Source: Chloracidobacterium sp. (lineage in GTDB: Bacteria; Acidobacteriota; Blastocatellia; Pyrinomonadales; Pyrinomonadaceae). Taken from it: a DNA stretch of 64,000 nt. Position 1 is the first letter of the stretch. The number at the start of each line of letters is the position of its first letter. Positions 9,401 through 17,777 of the stretch are shown here, piece by piece. A model generated the notes under the pieces. The model had not been told where the DNA came from. It searched no databases and saw nothing but the letters and a program-made list of their open reading frames with translations. The DNA lies in the NCBI GenBank assembly GCA_016720705.1, contig JADKKB010000002.1:32428-96427 (forward strand). Reading direction: 5' to 3'. The translations under genes and the position numbers were made by a program.

Positions 9401-11700
9401 AAAAGACGACCTACGCATACGACACGCTCAACAATCTGACCACGGTCAATCAGGGAGCTCAGACGCGGACATTCGCTTACGACGCAACATCGCGTCTAAC
9501 TTCCGCCGCTAATCCAGAGTCCGGTACGATCGGCTACACGTATGATGCGAACGGCGGTCTAGCAACCAAGACCGATGCCAGAGGCGTCAAGACGACCTAC
9601 ACCTACGATGCACTCAACCGCGTAACCAATCGAGCGTATTCGCTGACTGGTTCAACGCCGTCGAACTATCAGGCAACGCCCGATGTCGATTACTACTACG
9701 ACAGCGTGACAAATGCGAAAGGGAAATTGACAAAAGTATCTTCGTCCACCTCGACAACCGAATACACGTCATTCGACATCTTAGGAAGAGTGACGGCTAG
9801 CAAGCAGACAACCGATGGTGTCGAATATGGGGGAAGTGGCTCTCCGGCCGCTATGACCTACACATACAATCTTAGCGGTGCGTTGATGGAAGAAACTTAT
9901 CCTTCTGGTCGTGTTGTGAAGAACGAATTGGACGTAAGCGGTGACCTGAGTCAAGTATCTAGCAAAGAAAACTCATCAGCAATATTCAAGACTTACGCCA
10001 ATGATTTCACCTACAGCGCTGCTGGAGCGGTGACTTCGTTGAAACTCGGTAACGGCAGATTCGAGTCAACGCAGTTCAATTCACGCCTCCAACCAACGCA
10101 GATCGCTCTTGGAGCCTCGGTTGGTGATACGGGTTTGTTGAAGTTGGCTTATGGATACGGAACAACTGCAAATAATGGGAACGTTTTGACGCAGGACATT
10201 ACGGTGAAGCGTCCGGGGACGAGTGATCTTGTTTTCAATCAGACCTATACGTACGACGAACTGAATCGGCTGAGAGTGGCTGAGGAAAAGACTGGTTCGA
10301 CGACCAATTGGAAGCAGACTTTCACGTTCGACCGATACGGTAATCGGCGTTTTGATGAAGCCAATACTACAATGCCCACGTCATTCGCAAACCAGGCGTT
10401 GACGAATCCGACGATCTCGACGAGTAACAATCGTCTGACTTCGACAGGCTGGACGTACGATGCCGCAGGCAACACAATCGGCGATCCTGATGGCCGCAGT
10501 TTCACCTACGACGGCGAGAACAAACAGGCTGAGGTCAAAAACTCGTCAAACGTAAGCCTCGGCCAATACTCGTATGACGGCGATGGGAAGCGGGTTAAGA
10601 AGGTCGCGGGTGATGAGGTGACGATCTTTGTGTACGACGCGAGCGGAAAATCTATTGCGGAATATTCGACAATCGTGGCTTCGGTCGAAGATGCAAAAGT
10701 CGCGTATCTAACCGCCGACCACCTCGGCTCCCCACGCATCAACACCGACCGCGACGGCAATGTCACCGCTCGCCACGACTACCACCCGTTCGGCGAAGAA
10801 ATTCTCACGACTCAACGCACAACCGCCCTAAATTACGCCGCTGATACGGTAAGAAAACAATTCACCGGCTATGAACGGGACCGGGAGACGGAGCTCGATT
10901 TCGCTCAAGCGAGATATTTTGCATCAGGATTTGGAAGATTTTCAAGTCCAGATGACTTCCTAAATGATACGGACCCACCAGATCCGCAGGGTTGGAATCT
11001 CTATGTCTATGTAAGAAACAATCCGCTTCGGCTTGTTGATCCAGATGGTCAGATTAAAAAAGATAAGAATGGAAAGGTGATCTTTGACAAGACTGACGAG
11101 GTCCAGTCTGAGTTTTATAATCAACCGGTACTCGATAGCTCCGGGAAGCAAATCGGAACGATTAAGATCACATGGAAGGCCGATCGTGGGCACATCTACG
11201 CGGACGATGGGACCAAGATTGAGGCATTTAAGAACGGAAAAATGGAAGTTACCGTTACAGACGCTAGTGGAAACGTTCTCTCTGCCGAGTCTCAGGCATT
11301 AGAAAAGGACTTACAGGCAAAGGGATTCAACAACACCACGGATTGTCACGGTAATACCTTCGCTAACGGTGAGGTATGGATAAACGACAACCAAGTGGAA
11401 AAATTAATGAAGGGGGATGGCTACGACATAAAGAATCCTACCTCAAATCCGCAACCGGGTGACGTCGGCATATACTCCACCGACGGATCACTCAAGAATA
11501 CGCGGCACAGTGTCTTAGTGAATGTGACAGGAACGGATGCGGCAGGAAGCACCGATGTTTTCAGTGTAATAAGCAAAGGTGGAATTACACCAAAGGTTGT
11601 CACTACTCCAGGGCCGGGGCGAGGCACCGCGTGGAACGATCCAAACGCCAAACTTCAGTATTACTCTAAGCGAACGAATGCGGCGGGGAAAAAACCATGA
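6478..11700 (+). CDS. Rhs/YD-repeat polymorphic toxin (1740 aa) with a variable C-terminal tip
   Basis: Many YD repeats (YDKYGQMDKIIYPTGG, YDVYGNVTAIKDGRGN, YDALNRVTN, FDRYGNRRFD). Core-end motif NNPLRLVDPDGQ at 11020-11052. Sec-like N-terminus MKKLTLSIIIPIIAILLLVS. The last ~217 aa are AT-richer and unrelated to the orphan copy. Confidence 0.95.
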   Translation: MKKLTLSIIIPIIAILLLVSTGLPQEKTAISVDQSLKSNGRVNPVSLALEMQIPLAAYPGRGMGLPVGLSYSSKLWRMSSRISYPNSPNPSGCHSVSAAEYSETSASGWTSTLSVPYMEYTGVDNLYNFNGDPAGDSGGCGGSGVDATKMVRRITINMPDGSSHELRPDDTVVNITTSLGAAALASLYGDTHFYSTDGSNLIYFEDTTHGKYILLMPDGSKMEFQTGLSVLGSGTSPDRTVRYATTLTDKTELNVITYHLGTGSGTYPNGSITDTLGRTIPIPLARKAPASPTTDEAPQSYVVPGFGEDTLTYKLHWKKLQDTTAEESGLTNYSDQLCYRSPGDHYSGAPQVPTGGCTLFNNGDIVPSSYVVTDIANGVFNPIVLTKVELPDGRFYKFSYDKYGQMDKIIYPTGGIETVTYGTVPSLAPPDASSPYDITAQANLGVTTRSVYESSGATAINWTYSATGGYTTPISSLTGLRVRTINPDSTKHDRFVFRTFGNCSGCNDPANNTYALGTFGYDTGLAGMTYEESDYTSATTDTLISTTKTTWELTGFTISNGTAAHDADWHPRVSKVEGIVYDVGTSSALSSAVTTDYDGSSARSSALNPTITKQYGFSTTIGSLGSLEKSVETQYVVGTTYDAKNLRSLPSLVLTLDASNNIKSKSIMNYDESGYGVSGKIGFPTRTLNYYDIASNLYVDSWITYDVYGNVTAIKDGRGNVSTVTFDSTYHTYPVSTTSPVPDSTGTHGSSTAFTTSTTYDTSTGLPTSTTDVNGQTTTMSYADPTTSIIDPLLRLRKVTEPNGRQTITEYGAGTSASTNWVKAKSQIDDTKWKEGYSWFDGLGRTIRSQSVDTAGDVFVITCYDNMGRAAKATNPFRGFTTQDCSTTTGLDWTTNTFDTAGRPWKVTTPDGAVVQTDYSLATSGSEIGTAVTVTDQAGKLRRSITNGLGQLIRVDEPDDSSSTGDLGAISSPNQKTTYAYDTLNNLTTVNQGAQTRTFAYDATSRLTSAANPESGTIGYTYDANGGLATKTDARGVKTTYTYDALNRVTNRAYSLTGSTPSNYQATPDVDYYYDSVTNAKGKLTKVSSSTSTTEYTSFDILGRVTASKQTTDGVEYGGSGSPAAMTYTYNLSGALMEETYPSGRVVKNELDVSGDLSQVSSKENSSAIFKTYANDFTYSAAGAVTSLKLGNGRFESTQFNSRLQPTQIALGASVGDTGLLKLAYGYGTTANNGNVLTQDITVKRPGTSDLVFNQTYTYDELNRLRVAEEKTGSTTNWKQTFTFDRYGNRRFDEANTTMPTSFANQALTNPTISTSNNRLTSTGWTYDAAGNTIGDPDGRSFTYDGENKQAEVKNSSNVSLGQYSYDGDGKRVKKVAGDEVTIFVYDASGKSIAEYSTIVASVEDAKVAYLTADHLGSPRINTDRDGNVTARHDYHPFGEEILTTQRTTALNYAADTVRKQFTGYERDRETELDFAQARYFASGFGRFSSPDDFLNDTDPPDPQGWNLYVYVRNNPLRLVDPDGQIKKDKNGKVIFDKTDEVQSEFYNQPVLDSSGKQIGTIKITWKADRGHIYADDGTKIEAFKNGKMEVTVTDASGNVLSAESQALEKDLQAKGFNNTTDCHGNTFANGEVWINDNQVEKLMKGDGYDIKNPTSNPQPGDVGIYSTDGSLKNTRHSVLVNVTGTDAAGSTDVFSVISKGGITPKVVTTPGPGRGTAWNDPNAKLQYYSKRTNAAGKKP

Positions 11701-12242
11701 ATACAATCAAGACAAACCGGACCCATGCGATAATGAAGATGGTGGGCTTTTATGTCCTGTTATTCGTATTGGTCTACAGCAACACTATGATGGCTGAAGC
11801 GCAGATGAAATCGAACTGCTGCAATTATTGGAAATCGAAGGTTTCTGAGGCAATTCCGACTCCCGAGCGATCGAGCGAAAAACATAATTCAGAGTCCGAG
11901 AGCATACTTGCTGCAATAGAGTGTTTGCTTACGATGGAAGGCGACAAGAGTAGAGCGAGATTTAGTGGAGCCACCCGCTTTGATACGTCTCAGACATTTG
12001 AACCGGCGACATCGGACGTTGGGGCACTTTACTACATATCCTTCCTATACCTAAAAAAGTGGGATCATTCCAATGCCGTAGCTCTTGTCGATAAAGATAA
12101 CCGCTTGAACCATCCCGAGTCAATTTCCATCGCCTACCGGGCTTATCGTAAGTGGTTCAAAAAAATTAAAGACGAAGGGATCACTAAGGCACGGGAACAG
12201 AAATTGGATCCGCTGGAAGGTACTGGAATACGATGGTACTAA
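11697..12242 (+). CDS. Candidate cognate immunity protein 1 (181 aa, N-terminal signal/TM)
   Basis: Start overlaps the Rhs stop (ATGA). Hydrophobic N-terminus MVGFYVLLFVLVYSNTMMAEA. This is the position expected for an Rhs immunity gene. No family recognised. Confidence 0.65.
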   Translation: MNTIKTNRTHAIMKMVGFYVLLFVLVYSNTMMAEAQMKSNCCNYWKSKVSEAIPTPERSSEKHNSESESILAAIECLLTMEGDKSRARFSGATRFDTSQTFEPATSDVGALYYISFLYLKKWDHSNAVALVDKDNRLNHPESISIAYRAYRKWFKKIKDEGITKAREQKLDPLEGTGIRWY

Positions 12243-12249
12243 ATTATTC

Positions 12250-14262
12250 TCTACGGAATACACTGCGTTTGACATCTTAGGACGTGTGACGGCTCACAAA
12301 CAAACAACCGACGGAGCGGCTTACACAACCGGCTACGCCTATAACCTTTCGGGTGCGTTGATCGAAGAAACCTACCCAAGCGGGCGGGTTGTGAAGAATA
12401 CGTTGGATGCGGATGGCAGTTTGGCACAGGTGCAGAGCAAGAAGAATTCGTCTGACTTCTACCGTCCTTACGCGTCGAATTTTGCATACAACGCTGCCGG
12501 TGCGGTGACGAGCATGAAGCTTGGGAACGGCCGTTGGGAGAACACGGCGTTCAACTCTCGGCTCCAGCCGACGATGATCGGTCTTGGCAACGGCCCGACG
12601 GGTCAGGGCCTTCTAAAGCTTGAGTACGAGTATGGTTCGACCGCTGCGGTGAACAACGGCAACATCACAAAGCAGACGATCACTGTTCCCGGTTTTGCTC
12701 ATCCGTTTGTTCAGACGTACACCTACGACGAACTGAACCGTATCTCGAACGCCGAAGAAGCGAGCAACTCAACTCAGACGTGGGAGCAGACTTTCACATA
12801 CGACCGTTACGGCAACCGCAACTTTGACGAGGCGAACACGACTACACTGCCAAAGAACTGCGGGACATCGCCGAACTTCACGGTCTGCACGGCTGACAAG
12901 AAGATGGTGGATCCGGCTGTGAACACCGCAAATAATCGTCTGAGTACGTCCGACGACTATGCTTTCGACACTGCGGGCAATACGACCGACGACGCCGAAG
13001 GCCGGACGTTCGTTTACGATGCCGAGAACAAGCAGATCGCTGTTGCTGACGGCAACGGCACGATCGGCGAATATTTCTACGACGGCGACGGCAAGCGTGT
13101 GAAGAAGGTCGTTCCCTCGACCGGTGAAGAAACGATCTTTGCCTACGATGCCGCGGGCAAACTGATCGGCGAATACTCGACGATCCTCCAAACCGGCTCG
13201 AACGCAAAGACGGTTTACACAACAAACGACCACCTGGGCAGCCCCCGCATCAACACCGACGCCACCGGCCAAGTCACCTCCCGCCACGACTACCATCCCT
13301 TCGGCGAAGAAATTTATACGGCCCAAAGAACAACCGGATTAAACTATTCTGCGGATTCTGTCAGGAACCAATTCACCGGCTATGAACGTGACGGAGAGAC
13401 GGGTCTCGATTTTGCCAAAGCTCGAATGTATTCGAACAAACTTGGACGGTTTATGACGACCGATCCATCAAGGAAAAGTATTGATATGGTAAGCCCTCAG
13501 ACATGGAATCGTTACTCATATTGCTACAACAATCCATTAACCTTAATTGATGAAAATGGTAAATGGCCGACAGGCACTCATAATAGAATTCTTGCCAAAG
13601 CTCTTGACGGAATGAGAGATGATGCACCTAAACTGCTCGCAGCGGTACAGAGCGGTAGCAGGAAAGTCGACCGTGATGGCACGGACGTAAAAACCATGAA
13701 AGAGTCAAATGCGCCTCAACATGCCATGACACCGGCAAGTTACATTACGGCTTCTTGTAACTTGGATTGTGCAAAAGGAATGGCTCGTCAAGCAGCGTAC
13801 GATTTTGTCGCAGGAAATCTTAAGAGTGCCAAAGCCGAATTCGATAAAGTAAAAAACATGGCTGATGGAGACGCAAAGTTTGAAGGAATTAAAAAATCCT
13901 TGGAATTTTTTGGAGCAGCTACACATGCGATAATGGACAACCGCTCCCCAGCTCATAGTAATTTCCAAGTTTTCGATGGCAGTGAAACTACTAAAATTGT
14001 TGCGGGAACAGTTATAGGCGGTGTATTGGGTGGGCCAATTGGAGCGGCCGCCGGAGCGGCAGTTGGAGGACGAAATACCTTGGCCCATATTAATACCGAA
14101 TCTAGAGACCCGACGGACGATGAGCAAAACGCTATGGAAGATGAAATTAGAACGGCTTTCCAGCAAGTGTACGGACAAGACTCGTACAATAATTCCGTAT
14201 CCGAATCACAACGAAGAGAAACTGCAGGAAGGCAAAAATCGAAAGATATGCTGATACCATGA
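12250..14262 (+). pseudogene. Orphan Rhs C-terminal module (no native start; shares the last ~420 core residues with the main Rhs and carries a different toxin tip)
   Basis: STEYTAFDILGRVTAHKQTTDG... parallels main Rhs residues STTEYTSFDILGRVTASKQTTDG (nt ~9754 onward) through NNPL. Sequences diverge after LIDENGK (13549 onward). The GTG at 12286 in the ORF track is arbitrary. Confidence 0.85.
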
Positions 14263-14696
14263 AAAGATTATTAGCGACAATTTTGTTGATTCTGAGTCTG
14301 GTTATGATTGGCCTCATCCATTTTGAAACGGTTACCGTTCCAAAATGGAGAGTCAAAGTAGTTGATTCAAATGAAGTTCCAATGCCAAAAATAGAGCTTG
14401 TTGAATCCTGCGAAAACTATACGCTATCTGTGGATCCGTGTCTTGATGCTCCAGACCGGCTTTTAACGACAGATAAAAATGGAATTGTAGCATTTTCGGA
14501 GAGACGCGTTCGAATGAATTTATGGTTAAGGGTATTCAATTCCGTGATCAACTTTTTATTGATTCTTACTCATGGTAGTTACGGAACTGATGCGTATGTA
14601 TTGGCATCGGGTTCTAATGCTGAGTTACGGTTTGATCCGAATAAACCGCAACCCCAAATTTTAAAGTTACCTGCTGTCGGTAGCCCGAAAGAATGA
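14259..14696 (+). CDS. Candidate cognate immunity protein 2 (145 aa, N-terminal signal/TM)
   Basis: Start overlaps the orphan stop (ATGA). N-terminus MKRLLATILLILSLVMIGLIHF. AT-rich like the preceding toxin tip. Confidence 0.6.
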   Translation: MKRLLATILLILSLVMIGLIHFETVTVPKWRVKVVDSNEVPMPKIELVESCENYTLSVDPCLDAPDRLLTTDKNGIVAFSERRVRMNLWLRVFNSVINFLLILTHGSYGTDAYVLASGSNAELRFDPNKPQPQILKLPAVGSPKE

Positions 14697-14737
14697 GCTA
14701 AGGCAATGCGATAATGCAATTCTGTTCCATAAAAACC

Positions 14738-14920
14738 GACGCCCGTTATGGAAATCGCAACTCTAACGAATCGCTAACGACAATGCCCGCATCGTTCGCA
14801 AATCCTGCGGTTACGAATCCGACGATAAGCACCACAACGAACCGGATCACGGCAAGCGGCTGGACATACGATGCCGCAGGCAACACCCTAACCGACGCCA
14901 ACAGCCAAGGCTACATCTAG
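14738..14920 (+). pseudogene. Third Rhs core fragment, truncated on both sides
   Basis: DARYGNRNSNESLTTMPASFANPAVTNPTISTTTNRITASGWTYDAAGNTLTD parallels main Rhs FDRYGNRRFDEANTTMPTSFANQALTNPTISTSNNRLTSTGWTYDAAGNTIGD. It ends at the terminal repeat of the element at 14927. Confidence 0.8.
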
Positions 14921-14926
14921 GGGAAC

Positions 14927-15253
14927 GGGGTCAGACATGCGATCGTGCGATTCGTGAAGTTGTGGTAGAGTGCTTGTCAAATGGCAAGGAGACCTAGGGT
15001 TGAGATCGAGGGCGGGCTTTATCACGGAAAGAATAAGCGTATCATTACAGCAAAGGAGGTGTTCATACTGTTCGGCAAGGAATCAGGTGCGACCATCACC
15101 GAGATGTCCGGGATCGTCGGCCTCGACCAGTCAAACGCCGGCCGCCGATTCGACGCCGCGAGACAGAAATGCAAGACCGATCCGGAGTTCGAAAGCACAT
15201 CGAAGAAAGTTCAGGAGAAGTACAAACAAAGAATCGCACAATCGCATGTCTGA
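14927..15253 (+). mobile_element. Miniature RAYT-like element: in-frame internal-deletion derivative bounded by ~23-27-bp inverted repeats
   Basis: Left repeat ggggtcagacatgcgatcgtgcgattc (14927-14953). Right repeat gaatcgcacaatcgcatgtctga (15231-15253). ORF 14981-15253 gives MARRPRVEIEGGLYH fused directly to GKNKRIITAKEV..., so the HUH/Tyr core is deleted and the HTH tail is kept. Confidence 0.65.
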
Positions 15254-15686
15254 TGCTATGAAGTGTTGACCTCGCGGGAGTCGAGTTTTTGTGTAAACTC
15301 GAATTCTGACAAAAGAATAACAACCCGCGAGATCAACAATGGCAGTATACATTGGGGTTGACTTTCATCCATATGAGCAGACGCTTGCTTTTGTGGATGA
15401 AGCGGATGGAGAGATCAGATATAAGCGGTTTCTTCATAGCGATAAGGCGGGGATAAAGGCGTTTTACCGCAAGTGCGGAAAGGACGCGGTTATTGGAACG
15501 GAGGCCACGGGATCGCTGTGGTGGTTTGAGAAGTTGCTCTTTGACAATGGAATGACGCTCAAGATCGGAGACCCTAGGATGATCCGTCGAGCAGCATTAT
15601 CGAGACACAAGAACGACCACAGGGATGCGGAGACGATCCTGGATCTATTGATGCGCGGGACATTTCCGGCGATCACGCCGAGGGAA
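15254..15686 (+). mobile_element. IS110/IS1111-type element, copy 2, 3'-truncated (left end plus the first ~116 transposase codons)
   Basis: Matches the copy 1 left end and N-terminal coding region except at the copy 1 indel near 3462, and is intact through ...ITPR(E). It then abuts the inverted right end of copy 3 at about 15687-15696. Confidence 0.8.
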
Positions 15687-15695
15687 GATTGGGGG

Positions 15696-17096
15696 TCATC
15701 TATGAAGTAAGTACTCAAGTCAAGCGCACGGGTATTATGGCATCTTTGGGATGCGATTGGTGCGTTTGATTGGGTGACAAAAGAGAACAACCGGCGCCTC
15801 CATTATTAGTTAGATTCTTTCAGATACGCACCGCTGTAATTAGCGAATGCCATCATCTATTCGTGCACAGCTTCGTTCGAGCGGCTGGCTACATGAAACC
15901 TGATCGGCTCATCTCGAACTATATCGAGATGGCTGGCCGTACCATCAGACCTTCAGAGACTGAGCGGGTTTCCCCGTCACCTCTCCTGACCCCTCGTACA
16001 AACCAACTTCGCCCCGCCGTGTAAACTCCTCGTAGCTGATATTGTCACGAAGCATGACATAACAGTTAATGAGAAGCTTACGGGCCGCTGCAACTTTTGC
16101 TTTCGGGCGGCCTCTACGACGGCTAACCTCGGAATAGAACTTCCGTATCTTCTTATCGCGACTTGCCTGGGCTGCCTGCCCGAGCAGGTACCTTGCGAGC
16201 CGCGAACCTCGCTTGCTGATCGAACCGATCCGCCTCGTCTCGCCTGAGCTTTTCTCCAACGGGTCGAGTCCTACAAATGCCACGACCTCTTCCTTACGGC
16301 GAAAGCGTCGAACATCGCCGAGCGTGTGAACAAGTGCCATGGCGTTGATCAGCCCGATGCCGGGATGCGTCATTAGCAATTGAGCACGCTCTTCCTTATT
16401 CGCCTCTTCCTCGAGCCTCGCCTCCACGGCCTTGATCTGGCGTGTCAGCTCGTCGCAAAGAACAAATCGAGAGCTGACCAGAAGCCGCTCGACCTGTGTC
16501 GTCTCAACCTCCTCGATCTTCTTTCTCGCCTTTACCGCCGGCAAACGGAACCGTGGCAAGCCCTTCGATCGTGCGAACGCCTGCAGCTGATTCACCACCG
16601 ATGTCCGCTTGCTCACCAATGAGTGACGATAGTTCAGCAGATCGAGCATCTCTCGGCTCTGCTCGTTCCTCGGCGTGATCGCCGGAAATGTCCCGCGCAT
16701 CAATAGATCCAGGATCGTCTCCGCATCCCGTGGTCGTTCTTGTGTCTCGATAATGCTGCTCGACGGATCATCCTAGGGTCTCCGATCTTGAGCGTCATTC
16801 CATTGTCAAAGAGCAACTTCTCAAACCACCACAGCGATCCCGTGGCCTCCGTTCCAATAACCGCGTCCTTTCCGCACTTGCGGTAAAACGCCTTTATCCC
16901 CGCCTTATCGCTATGAAGAAACCGCTTATATCTGATCTCTCCATCCGCTTCATCCACAAAAGCAAGCGTCTGCTCATATGGATGAAAGTCAACCCCAATG
17001 TATACTGCCATTGTTGATCTCGCGGGTTGTTATTCTTTTGTCAGAATTCGAGTTTACACAAAAACTCGACTCCCGCGAGGTCAACACTTCATAGCA
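15696..17096 (-). mobile_element. IS110/IS1111-type element, copy 3 (full length, ~1401 bp, one frameshift)
   Basis: Has the same ends as copy 1 on the reverse strand. The left junction at 17097-17119 shows the same 23-nt target motif (gaatcgcactatcgcatgtcTGA). The right flank begins ccccc. Confidence 0.8.
15945..17011 (-). pseudogene. IS110-family transposase interrupted by a single 1-nt deletion
   Basis: ORFs 16700-17011 and 15945-16703 join into one protein if one base is restored at about 16727 (ccacggg here, ccacaggg in copy 2). Otherwise full length. Confidence 0.8.
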
Positions 17097-17320
17097 TCAG
17101 ACATGCGATAGTGCGATTCTCTTTCAAACCCATACTGCTCGACCGTTTGACCGATCCGGGTCGGCGTGTCGATGCAGCGATGCGGGTCACGACTTCGGTA
17201 CTGTGATCATTCATTAAACTTCTCCGGACATTGACCTTCTACTTCGATGCGATGAATTGAAAGCGTGATGTCTTTTGGCCCGTTCGCCGTCCGTGGGGTT
17301 TCGCTCAAAATTATCAGATT

Positions 17321-17341
17321 CCCCTCCTTACCAAGGAGGGG
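17321..17341. repeat. Perfect hairpin cccctcctt-acc-aaggagggg (REP-like)
   Basis: 9-bp arms with a 3-nt loop. A related hairpin lies at 17505-17525. Flanking sequence translates to the PPLLGKEG-type junk ORF (17207-17494). Confidence 0.7.
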
Positions 17342-17504
17342 TGGCAGTGGCCGTCTTTTGGCCGCTGACGGGGTGGTTCTCTCACGCATTTCACGCTCCA
17401 CACTCAAAGGACTCGACAGACTCCATAGGGCGTCAACCAAGCTGAATTCCTGATCGACGCTTGAGAACCACTCCGTCATCCCGATAGAAAGCATCGGGAT
17501 GCCA

Positions 17505-17525
17505 CCTCTCCTTTGTAAGGAGAGG
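17505..17525. repeat. Hairpin cctctcctt-tgt-aaggagagg, same architecture as 17321-17341
   Basis: 9-bp perfect arms with a 3-nt loop. Confidence 0.7.
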
Positions 17526-17777
17526 AGTTTTTCAGACCATAGCTGATCTTTCGTGACGGGCGTTGCATCTATGCGACATTACTGTATCCCTGCAATTTAT
17601 GATATAATTTAAATATTCAACAGATCTTTGAAAACCCAAGACGGAGGCAACGCCCGTTCGGGCACCAGCACCACGTGAGTACTCGGGAGAAATGGCGAAT
17701 AACGAATGTCGAATACGGAATAGCAACAGTCGCTGTTTGTAACCGAAAGAAAAAGGGCAGGTTTAGCGGAAAACAGC

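Noticed and set aside
17100-17200. Possible third RAYT-like C-terminal remnant next to IS copy 3
   Set aside because: Only a weak resemblance (..HADPDRSNGRAVWV-stop-KRIALSHV compared with ..CKTDPEFESTWKKVQEKYKQRIALSHV) beyond the shared 23-nt motif. This is too degenerate to call as a feature.
17207-17494. 95-aa ORF (and 17532-17890 ORFs) in the gap between IS copy 3 and the S8 gene
   Set aside because: The translations consist of REP-derived strings (PPLLGKEGN, IRHSLFAIS-type). The region is full of hairpins and short repeats and has no coding signature.
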